A stretch of DNA of 64,000 nt from Camelus dromedarius. Lineage: Eukaryota. The stretch lies in the NCBI RefSeq assembly GCF_036321535.1, contig NC_087437.1:2232001-2296000 (forward strand). Direction: 5' to 3'. The position numbers and the translations under genes were made by a program. Positions 1 to 10,152 of the stretch are shown one piece after another. The notes under the pieces were generated by a model that did not search any database, was not told the origin of the DNA, and saw only the letters and a program-made list of their open reading frames with translations. Each line of letters starts with the position of its first letter. Position 1 is the stretch's first letter.

Positions 1-924
1 AGCCTCTTCATCCATTGAGAAACAGCCGTATATCCTAACCTCCTCCTCCTCATTCATTATATAGGTAGGCAGATACATATATAGACAGACACACACACAC
101 ACATACACACACTAGCCTCTTCCTACTCCTCAATTATGTAGGTAGAGAGACACACTAATCTCCTCCTCCATTAGATAATACATAGACAAACTTAATACAT
201 TTTTCTCCTCCTCCATTAGATAGATGGAAAGTGAGATTGACCGATACACCCAGTAGCCGCTACCTTCTCCTGTTAGAGATACCGAGAGATAGCCAGACAC
301 ATGGGATTATTTCTTCTTCTCCATTTGATATAGATAGAGACACACTCACAGACACACAGACAGACAGACACACTACTCTTCTCCTGCTCTGACAGACAGA
401 GAGATAGACACTCTAGCCTCCTCCTTCTTCTCGAATACATACAGCTGCATAGATAGATATCTCCTATATAGACAGACAGACTTACTAGCTTACTCCTCGT
501 CCATTCGATGCACACATAGACTGTTAGACAGACACAGTAGCCTCTTCCCCTCTTTGTTACACATACTTTGATAAAGAGACCCGCACGCACACACACACAC
601 ACATACACACAGGCTAGCATCCTCCTCTTCCTCAAGTAGGTAGATAGGGAGATAGAAACACTAAATTCCTGCTCCGACAGACACACAAATAAAAAGACAC
701 ACTTGCCTACTGCTGTGCCTGAACTACATAGGTCGATTTTTACACAGATTGATAGATACACAGATAGATAGAGAGATAGATAGGTAGAGAGGCAGGCAAA
801 TGGAGAGACATAATTTTCGCCTCCTCCTCCAGTAGATATATAGACAGACACACACATAGTCTAGCCTCTCGCATCCTCCAATAGATAGACAATCAGCCAG
901 GCAGTCAGACAGACTGACACACGT
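1..924. repeat. Minisatellite half, type S1 (partial at left edge; subtype that follows A2 modules)
   Basis: Degenerate units of (A)CTAGCCTC(CTC)nCATTAG followed by GATA/GACA/CA tracts. Markers gtaggcagat and aattatgtag match the S1 copies after A2 (e.g. ~5.6 kb, 7.45 kb). Confidence 0.9.
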
Positions 925-1796
925 GAGGCGCTGTGCAGTTTGGGGTTGGGTTTCAGCGGCGTCCACCGGGGACAGTTGTGCCCCTGGCGAGTCATAGGAT
1001 TTTATCCCATGTCCCTAGCTGCCTTGCCTGCGGGCGGCCCCCGCTCCCCCAAATTCGACGAACTGAAGCTTTCAAGTTAGCCTGCTCGTGGCAGCAGGCG
1101 TTGTAAGGAAAGTGGAAGAGGTCAGCGGCAGCTCCGGAAGCGGCAGAGCATCTAAGGGGGATGCCTTGGCGAATCGGTCATTTTCCTCCCATTTCCCCCT
1201 CTCCTGGCCTCGGGGCAGCCTCTGCTACCGCAGGAGTGCGGGATTTCGTTGTCCTTCTCAGCCAGGTCCTAGGAAGCTGTCGAGGTGTGCTCAGGGAACA
1301 GGGATTTTACTTCTAGAGGACTGCCTCGGGTGAGCCGATCAGTTTGCTCCCATCTCCAAAAGCGCCTGGCCTGGGGGCGGCCTCTCCTTCCCCAGGTTCC
1401 CAGTATGCATGTTTCCAGCTCAGCCTGTGCCCTTAGGCAGGCGCGGTGTTCTTAGGGGCTGCATTGAGGAGGCGGGGCTGCTCCACCGAGCCCGTGTATT
1501 TGCACAGATCTCCCCGTTGACCGGTCCTAGGGTTGGTCTCTGCTACCCTAGTTACACGATGTACACATCTCGGTGTTTTCCGGCTCCCGGGAGGCAAGTG
1601 CGGGGTGGTCAGGGGGCGGGGTGGGGGGTTGGAGTGGCGGTGGCGCCTACACAGAGGGAAGAAGAGGGATGCACGGGCTGTCCAGGGAAGCCTGTGGATT
1701 TCCATCCAGTGTCCCCCTCGGCGTGCAATAAGGGCGCCCTCTGCTGCTTCAGGGTGGGATTTGGCAACCCTCCAGCTGGGCCTAATAAAGGGAGGC
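925..1796. repeat. GC/CpG-rich module, type A1 (representative)
   Basis: Starts GAGGCGCTGTGCAG and ends GGGAGGC. Markers are gccttggcg, gggattttac and ggggtggggggttggagtggcgg. It is followed by S2 and then B. Confidence 0.92.
1734..1747 (-). promoter_or_regulatory. CTCF-like core motif (A1 copy; repeated in A1 and B modules)
   Basis: Minus strand reads GCAGCAGAGGGCGC versus consensus CCASYAGRKGGCRS: 13/14 positions match. Confidence 0.5.
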
Positions 1797-2457
1797 TTCC
1801 TCCATTAGAGAGAGAGACATAAAATAGACAGACAGACACACTAGCCTCTTCCTCCATTTAGAAACACCCATATGTCTTAACCTTCTCCTCCTAATCCATT
1901 ATATAGGTAGACAGATACATACATAGACAGACAGACAGACAGACACACACACACACACAAACCCAAACCCACACACAACCTTCCCTCCTACCAGTCCTCA
2001 ATTAAGTAGGTAGAGAGACACACTAATCGCCTTCTCCATTAGATAATAAACAGACAAACGGTATAGACTATTTCTACTCCTCATTTAGATAGATGGAATG
2101 TGAGACTGACGCATTCACACACTAGCCTCTACCTTCTCCTGTTAGAGAGACAGACAGATAGCCAGACTCATGAAATCCTCCATCTTCTCCATTAGATATA
2201 CATAGAGAAATCTCTAAGATGCACAGTGAGACAAACACTAGTCTTCTCCTCCTCTGACAGGCCGAGGGATAGATAATCAAGCCTCCTCATTCTTTTCCAT
2301 TAGGTATAGTTACATACATACATATCTGATAATAGACAGCCAGACAGACATACTAGCCTACTCTTCCTCCATCAGATACATACATAGACTGATAGACAGA
2401 TACAGTAGGCTCCTCCCCCTTTAGATACAGATACATAGATAGACATCCCCACGAGCC

Positions 2458-2493
<36 letters not shown>

Positions 2494-2768
2494 AGCCTTC
2501 TCCTCTTCCTCAAAGAGCTAGATAGTTATATAGACACACTAAAATTCTACTCCAACAGACAGAATTTTAAATGACACACTATCTTACTGCTATGCCTCCC
2601 CACATAGATAGATAGCTAGCCAGATCGATAGAGAGGCAGGCAAATAGAGAGTCATACTAGTCGCCTCCTCCTCCGTTGGAGAGACAGACAGACACACACA
2701 TAGTCTAGCTTCAACCATCCTCCAATAGATAGTCATTCAGGCAAGCAGTCAAACAGACAGACACACCA
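1797..2768. repeat. Minisatellite half, type S2 (representative; always precedes module B)
   Basis: Colinear with S1 but clearly diverged from it. Contains gaaacacccatatg, aaacccaaaccc and a (CG)n(CA)n tract. Confidence 0.9.
2458..2493. repeat. Compound (CG)4(CA)n microsatellite in S2 (alternating purine-pyrimidine)
   Basis: Reads cacgcgcgcg(ca)13 here; (CA)8-15 in other S2 copies. Confidence 0.9.
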
Positions 2769-3456
2769 GAGGCGGGGTGCCGTCTGCCTACCTGGTTCGG
2801 CGGCGGGGCCCGGGGAAGAGGGTGCCCCTGGTGAACCAGAGGATTTTCTCCCATGTCCCTAGCTGCCTTGCCTCTGGGCGGCCTCCGCTAACCCAAGTTC
2901 GCCGGACGCAAGCCTTTGAAGTCAGCCTGCTCCTGGGAGCCGGCGAGGTAAGGACAGGGGAAGTGGTCAGCGGCAGACACGGAGGCGGCCCAGAACGCAA
3001 GAGGGATGCCTCGGCGAGTCGGTCATTTTCCTACCATCCCCCCTCTCCTGGCCTCGGGGCGGCCTCTGCTACCGCAGGTGTGCGGCAATTAATTCTCCTT
3101 GTCAGCCAGGTCCTGGGAGTCTGTCCAGGTGAGCCCAAGGGACACGGACGTCGCGGGGAGCGGACTGCCTCGGGTTAGCCGATCAGTTTGCTCCCATCCC
3201 CACAAGCGCCTGGCCTGGGGGCGGCCTGTCCTGCGCCAGGTTCAGAGTATGCACGTTTCCAGCTCAGCCAGCCCACCCGAGGCCGGCGCGCTGTGATCAG
3301 GGTCTGCAATGAGAAGTCGGGGCTGACTCACCGAGCCCGTGTATTTGTTCAGATCTCCCTCTTGGCTGGTCCTGGGCTAGGCCTCTACTACCCTAGGTCC
3401 ACGAGGTGCTCATCTCTGTGTTTTTCAGCTCCGGGGAAGCCAGTGCGGGGTGGTCA

Positions 3457-3494
3457 GGGGGCGGGGAGGGGGCGGGGCGGGGGCGGGGCGGGGG
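3457..3494 (+). promoter_or_regulatory. G-tract cluster in B: tandem GC boxes / predicted G-quadruplex
   Basis: GGGGGCGGGGAGGGGGCGGGGCGGGGGCGGGGCGGGGG has seven runs of >=4 G with 1-nt loops and several GGGGCGGGG Sp/KLF-type boxes. Function is inferred only. Confidence 0.55.
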
Positions 3495-3584
3495 CAGCTA
3501 CAGAGAGGGCTGAAGCGGGATGCACGGGCTGCCCAGGCAAGCCTGCGGAATTCCATCCAGTGTCCCCCTCGGCCTGCAATGCGG

Positions 3585-3598
3585 GCGCCCTCTGCTGC
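3585..3598 (-). promoter_or_regulatory. CTCF-like core motif (B copy)
   Basis: The same GCAGCAGAGGGCGC on the minus strand, identical between the diverged A1 and B types. Confidence 0.5.
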
Positions 3599-3647
3599 TT
3601 CAGGGTGGCAATTGGCATCCCTCCAGGTGGGTCGAGTACTGGGAGGC

Positions 3648-4622
3648 TTCCTCCTTTAGACAGACAGAGAGACAAATAAAGAGACAGACAGACACACTAG
3701 CCTCTTCATCCATTGAGAAACAGCCGTATATCCTAACCTCCTCCTCCTCATTCATTATATAGGTAGACAGATACATATATAGACAGACACACACACACAC
3801 ATACACACACTAGCCTCTTCCTACTCCTCAATTAAGTAGGTAGAGAGACACACTAATCTCCTCCTCCTTTAGATAATACATAGACAAACTTAATACATTT
3901 TTCTCCTCCTCCATTAGATAGATGGAAAGTGAGATTGACCGATACACCCAGTAGCCGCTACCTTCTCCTGTTAGAGATACCGAGAGATAGCCAGACACAT
4001 GGGATTATTTCTTCTTCTCCATTTGATATAGATAGAGACACACTCACAGACACACAGACAGACAGACACACTACTCTTCTCCTGCTCTGACAGACAGAGA
4101 GATAGACACTCTAGCCTCCTCCTTCTTCTCGAATACATACAGCTGCATAGATAGATATCTCCTATATAGACAGACAGACTTACTAGCTTACTCCTCGTCC
4201 ATTCGATGCACACATAGACTGTTAGACAGACACAGTAGCCTCTTCCCCTCTTTGTTACACATACTTTGATAAAGAGACCCGCACGCACACACACACACAC
4301 ATACACACAGGCTAGCATCCTCCTCTTCCTCAAGTAGGTAGATAGGGAGATAGAAACACTAAATTCCTGCTCCGACAGACACACAAATAAAAAGACACAC
4401 TTGCCTACTGCTGTGCCTGAACTACATAGGTCGATTTTTACACAGATTGATAGATACACAGATAGATAGAGAGATAGATAGGTAGAGAGGCAGGCAAATG
4501 GAGAGACATAATTTTCGCCTCCTCCTCCAGTAGATATATAGACAGACACACACATAGTCTAGCCTCTCGCATCCTCCAATAGATAGACAATCAGCCAGGC
4601 AGTCAGACAGACTGACACACGT
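3648..4622. repeat. Minisatellite half, type S1 (subtype that follows B)
   Basis: Markers gtagacagat, aattaagtag and ctcctttag distinguish it from the post-A2 subtype. Confidence 0.88.
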
Positions 4623-5488
4623 GAGGCGCTGTGCAGTTTGGGGTTGGGTTTCAGCGGCGTCCACCGTGGACAGTTGTGCCCCTGGCGAGTCATAGGATTT
4701 TATCCCATGTCCCTAGCTGCCTTGCCTGCGGGCGGCCCCCGCTCCCCCAAATTCGACGGACTGAAGCTTTCAAGTTAGCCTGCTCGTGGCAGCAGGCGTT
4801 GTAAGGAAAGTGGAAGAGGTGAGCGGCAGCTCCGGAAGCGGCAGAGCATCTAAGGGGGATGCCTCGGCGAATCGGTCATTTTCCTCCCATTTCCCCCTCT
4901 CCTGGCCTCGGGGCAGCCTCTGCTACCCCAGGAGTGCGGGATTTCGTTGTCCTTGTCAGCCAGGTCCTAGGAAGCTGTCGAGGTGTGCTCAGGGAACAGG
5001 GATGTCGCTTCTAGAGGACTGCCTCGGGTGAGCCGATCAGTTTGCTCCCATCTCCACAAGCGCCTGGCCTGGGGGCGGCCTCTCCTTCCCCAGGTTCCCA
5101 GTATGCATGTTTCCAGCTCAGCCTGTGCCCTTAGGCAGGCGCGGTGTTCTTAGGGGCTGCATTGAGGAGGCGGGGCTGCTCCACCGAGCCCGTGTATTTG
5201 CACAGATCTCCCCGTTGACCGGTCCTAGGGTTGGTCTCTGCTACCCTAGGTACACGATGTACACATCTCGTTGTTTTCCGGCCCCCGGGAGGCAAGTGCG
5301 GGGTGGTCAGGGGGCGGGGGGGGGGGTGGCGTTGGCGCCTACACAGAGGGAGGAAGAGGGATGCACGGGCTGTCCAGGGAAGCCTGTGGATTTCCATCCA
5401 GTGTCCCCCTCGGCGTGCAATGATGGCACCCTCTGCTGCTTCAGGGTGACAATTGGCATCCCTCCAGCTGGGCCTAATAAAGGGAGGC
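4623..5488. repeat. GC/CpG-rich module, type A2 (representative)
   Basis: Close to A1 but with caccgtgg, gcctcggcg, gggatgtcgc, a G11 homopolymer (5316-5326) and gatggcaccc. It is followed by S1. Confidence 0.9.
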
Positions 5489-8400
5489 TTCCTCCATTAG
5501 ACAGACAGAGAGACATATAAAGAGACAGACAGACACACTAGCCTCTTCATCCATTGAGAAACAGCCGTATATCCTAACCTCCTCCTCCTCATTCATTATA
5601 TAGGTAGGCAGATACATATATAGACAGACACACACACACACATACACACACTAGCCTCTTCCTACTCCTCAATTATGTAGGTAGAGAGACACACTAATCT
5701 CCTCCTCCATTAGATAATACATAGACAAACTTAATACATTTTTCTCCTCCTCCATTAGATAGATGGAAAGTGAGATTGACCGATACACCCAGTAGCCGCT
5801 ACCTTCTCCTGTTAGAGATACCGAGAGATAGCCAGACACATGGGATTATTTCTTCTTCTCCATTTGATATAGATAGAGACACACTCACAGACACACAGAC
5901 AGACAGACACACTACTCTTCTCCTGCTCTGACAGACAGAGAGATAGACACTCTAGCCTCCTCCTTCTTCTCGAATACATACAGCTGCATAGATAGATATC
6001 TCCTATATAGACAGACAGACTTACTAGCTTACTCCTCGTCCATTCGATGCACACATAGACTGTTAGACAGACACAGTAGCCTCTTCCCCTCTTTGTTACA
6101 CATACTTTGATAAAGAGACCCGCACGCACACACACACACACATACACACAGGCTAGCATCCTCCTCTTCCTCAAGTAGGTAGATAGGGAGATAGAAACAC
6201 TAAATTCCTGCTCCGACAGACACACAAATAAAAAGACACACTTGCCTACTGCTGTGCCTGAACTACATAGGTCGATTTTTACACAGATTGATAGATACAC
6301 AGATAGATAGAGAGATAGATAGGTAGAGAGGCAGGCAAATGGAGAGACATAATTTTCGCCTCCTCCTCCAGTAGATATATAGACAGACACACACATAGTC
6401 TAGCCTCTCGCATCCTCCAATAGATAGACAATCAGCCAGGCAGTCAGACAGACTGACACACGTGAGGCGCTGTGCAGTTTGGGGTTGGGTTTCAGCGGCG
6501 TCCACCGTGGACAGTTGTGCCCCTGGCGAGTCATAGGATTTTATCCCATGTCCCTAGCTGCCTTGCCTGCGGGCGGCCCCCGCTCCCCCAAATTCGACGG
6601 ACTGAAGCTTTCAAGTTAGCCTGCTCGTGGCAGCAGGCGTTGTAAGGAAAGTGGAAGAGGTGAGCGGCAGCTCCGGAAGCGGCAGAGCATCTAAGGGGGA
6701 TGCCTCGGCGAATCGGTCATTTTCCTCCCATTTCCCCCTCTCCTGGCCTCGGGGCAGCCTCTGCTACCCCAGGAGTGCGGGATTTCGTTGTCCTTGTCAG
6801 CCAGGTCCTAGGAAGCTGTCGAGGTGTGCTCAGGGAACAGGGATGTCGCTTCTAGAGGACTGCCTCGGGTGAGCCGATCAGTTTGCTCCCATCTCCACAA
6901 GCGCCTGGCCTGGGGGCGGCCTCTCCTTCCCCAGGTTCCCAGTATGCATGTTTCCAGCTCAGCCTGTGCCCTTAGGCAGGCGCGGTGTTCTTAGGGGCTG
7001 CATTGAGGAGGCGGGGCTGCTCCACCGAGCCCGTGTATTTGCACAGATCTCCCCGTTGACCGGTCCTAGGGTTGGTCTCTGCTACCCTAGGTACACGATG
7101 TACACATCTCGTTGTTTTCCGGCCCCCGGGAGGCAAGTGCGGGGTGGTCAGGGGGCGGGGGGGGGGGTGGCGTTGGCGCCTACACAGAGGGAGGAAGAGG
7201 GATGCACGGGCTGTCCAGGGAAGCCTGTGGATTTCCATCCAGTGTCCCCCTCGGCGTGCAATGATGGCACCCTCTGCTGCTTCAGGGTGACAATTGGCAT
7301 CCCTCCAGCTGGGCCTAATAAAGGGAGGCTTCCTCCATTAGACAGACAGAGAGACATATAAAGAGACAGACAGACACACTAGCCTCTTCATCCATTGAGA
7401 AACAGCCGTATATCCTAACCTCCTCCTCCTCATTCATTATATAGGTAGGCAGATACATATATAGACAGACACACACACACACATACACACACTAGCCTCT
7501 TCCTACTCCTCAATTATGTAGGTAGAGAGACACACTAATCTCCTCCTCCATTAGATAATACATAGACAAACTTAATACATTTTTCTCCTCCTCCATTAGA
7601 TAGATGGAAAGTGAGATTGACCGATACACCCAGTAGCCGCTACCTTCTCCTGTTAGAGATACCGAGAGATAGCCAGACACATGGGATTATTTCTTCTTCT
7701 CCATTTGATATAGATAGAGACACACTCACAGACACACAGACAGACAGACACACTACTCTTCTCCTGCTCTGACAGACAGAGAGATAGACACTCTAGCCTC
7801 CTCCTTCTTCTCGAATACATACAGCTGCATAGATAGATATCTCCTATATAGACAGACAGACTTACTAGCTTACTCCTCGTCCATTCGATGCACACATAGA
7901 CTGTTAGACAGACACAGTAGCCTCTTCCCCTCTTTGTTACACATACTTTGATAAAGAGACCCGCACGCACACACACACACACATACACACAGGCTAGCAT
8001 CCTCCTCTTCCTCAAGTAGGTAGATAGGGAGATAGAAACACTAAATTCCTGCTCCGACAGACACACAAATAAAAAGACACACTTGCCTACTGCTGTGCCT
8101 GAACTACATAGGTCGATTTTTACACAGATTGATAGATACACAGATAGATAGAGAGATAGATAGGTAGAGAGGCAGGCAAATGGAGAGACATAATTTTCGC
8201 CTCCTCCTCCAGTAGATATATAGACAGACACACACATAGTCTAGCCTCTCGCATCCTCCAATAGATAGACAATCAGCCAGGCAGTCAGACAGACTGACAC
8301 ACGTGAGGCGCTGTGCAGTTTGGGGTTGGGTTTCAGCGGCGTCCACCGGGGACAGTTGTGCCCCTGGCGAGTCATAGGATTTTATCCCATGTCCCTAGCT

Positions 8401-9837
8401 GCCTTGCCTGCGGGCGGCCCCCGCTCCCCCAAATTCGACGAACTGAAGCTTTCAAGTTAGCCTGCTCGTGGCAGCAGGCGTTGTAAGGAAAGTGGAAGAG
8501 GTCAGCGGCAGCTCCGGAAGCGGCAGAGCATCTAAGGGGGATGCCTTGGCGAATCGGTCATTTTCCTCCCATTTCCCCCTCTCCTGGCCTCGGGGCAGCC
8601 TCTGCTACCGCAGGAGTGCGGGATTTCGTTGTCCTTCTCAGCCAGGTCCTAGGAAGCTGTCGAGGTGTGCTCAGGGAACAGGGATTTTACTTCTAGAGGA
8701 CTGCCTCGGGTGAGCCGATCAGTTTGCTCCCATCTCCAAAAGCGCCTGGCCTGGGGGCGGCCTCTCCTTCCCCAGGTTCCCAGTATGCATGTTTCCAGCT
8801 CAGCCTGTGCCCTTAGGCAGGCGCGGTGTTCTTAGGGGCTGCATTGAGGAGGCGGGGCTGCTCCACCGAGCCCGTGTATTTGCACAGATCTCCCCGTTGA
8901 CCGGTCCTAGGGTTGGTCTCTGCTACCCTAGTTACACGATGTACACATCTCGGTGTTTTCCGGCTCCCGGGAGGCAAGTGCGGGGTGGTCAGGGGGCGGG
9001 GTGGGGGGTTGGAGTGGCGGTGGCGCCTACACAGAGGGAAGAAGAGGGATGCACGGGCTGTCCAGGGAAGCCTGTGGATTTCCATCCAGTGTCCCCCTCG
9101 GCGTGCAATAAGGGCGCCCTCTGCTGCTTCAGGGTGGGATTTGGCAACCCTCCAGCTGGGCCTAATAAAGGGAGGCTTCCTCCATTAGAGAGAGAGACAT
9201 AAAATAGACAGACAGACACACTAGCCTCTTCCTCCATTTAGAAACACCCATATGTCTTAACCTTCTCCTCCTAATCCATTATATAGGTAGACAGATACAT
9301 ACATAGACAGACAGACAGACAGACACACACACACACACAAACCCAAACCCACACACAACCTTCCCTCCTACCAGTCCTCAATTAAGTAGGTAGAGAGACA
9401 CACTAATCGCCTTCTCCATTAGATAATAAACAGACAAACGGTATAGACTATTTCTACTCCTCATTTAGATAGATGGAATGTGAGACTGACGCATTCACAC
9501 ACTAGCCTCTACCTTCTCCTGTTAGAGAGACAGACAGATAGCCAGACTCATGAAATCCTCCATCTTCTCCATTAGATATACATAGAGAAATCTCTAAGAT
9601 GCACAGTGAGACAAACACTAGTCTTCTCCTCCTCTGACAGGCCGAGGGATAGATAATCAAGCCTCCTCATTCTTTTCCATTAGGTATAGTTACATACATA
9701 CATATCTGATAATAGACAGCCAGACAGACATACTAGCCTACTCTTCCTCCATCAGATACATACATAGACTGATAGACAGATACAGTAGGCTCCTCCCCCT
9801 TTAGATACAGATACATAGATAGACATCCCCACGAGCC

Positions 9838-9878
<41 letters not shown>

Positions 9879-10152
9879 GCCTTCTCCTCTTCCTCAAAGA
9901 GCTAGATAGTTATATAGACACACTAAAATTCTACTCCAACAGACAGAATTTTAAATGACACACTATCTTACTGCTATGCCTCCCCACATAGATAGATAGC
10001 TAGCCAGATCGATAGAGAGGCAGGCAAATAGAGAGTCATACTAGTCGCCTCCTCCTCCGTTGGAGAGACGGACAGACACACACATAGTCTAGCTTCAACC
10101 ATCCTCCAATAGATAGTCATTCAGGCAAGCAGTCAAACAGACAGACACACCA

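Larger units (their letters stand above)
2769..3647. repeat. GC/CpG-rich module, type B (representative)
   Basis: Starts GAGGCGGGGTGCCG and ends GGGAGGC. Homologous to A (shared tcccatgtccctagctgccttgcct, gccgatcagtttgctcccat, ccgagcccgtgtatttg) but with many substitutions. 13 copies in the window. Confidence 0.92.
2769..10152. repeat. Higher-order unit: tetramer B-A2-A2-A1 (7384 bp)
   Basis: B marker positions 2777 and 10161; A2 at 4786 and 6627, A1 at 8468. Confidence 0.9.

Noticed and set aside
740..790. GATA/GACA (Bkm-like) tracts as evidence of sex-chromosome location
   Set aside because: The tracts are short and degenerate, and such repeats occur genome-wide, so they are not diagnostic.
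273..857. Recurrent 194-aa minus-strand ORF (C/V/S/L/Y-rich)
   Set aside because: It is a translation of TG/TCTG/TCTA microsatellites with no domain, and it is truncated or frameshifted in other copies (33719, 48532, 57756).
1..924. CRISPR-like alternation of a constant head and variable spacer
   Set aside because: Heads are degenerate, the spacers are microsatellites, the block is copied in every monomer, and there are no cas genes.
938..1970. Telomere-like motifs (tttggggttgggttt, ctagggtt, aaacccaaaccc)
   Set aside because: Isolated one- or two-unit matches with no (TTAGGG)n tract.
925..3647. Tandem RNA-gene array (5S, U1/U2, tRNA) or rDNA spacer
   Set aside because: I found no recognisable RNA gene sequence, Pol III A/B boxes or cloverleaf on either strand by eye. 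An Infernal/Rfam search would be definitive.
925..3647. CENP-B box
   Set aside because: The TTCG and CCCG occurrences I checked do not fit TTCGNNNNANNCGGG.
1088..3762. Overlapping 65-163-aa ORFs in the GC modules
   Set aside because: They are open in several frames on both strands, as expected for GC-rich DNA. No recognisable protein, frames shift with G-run length, and stops occur in the 47-55-kb copies.
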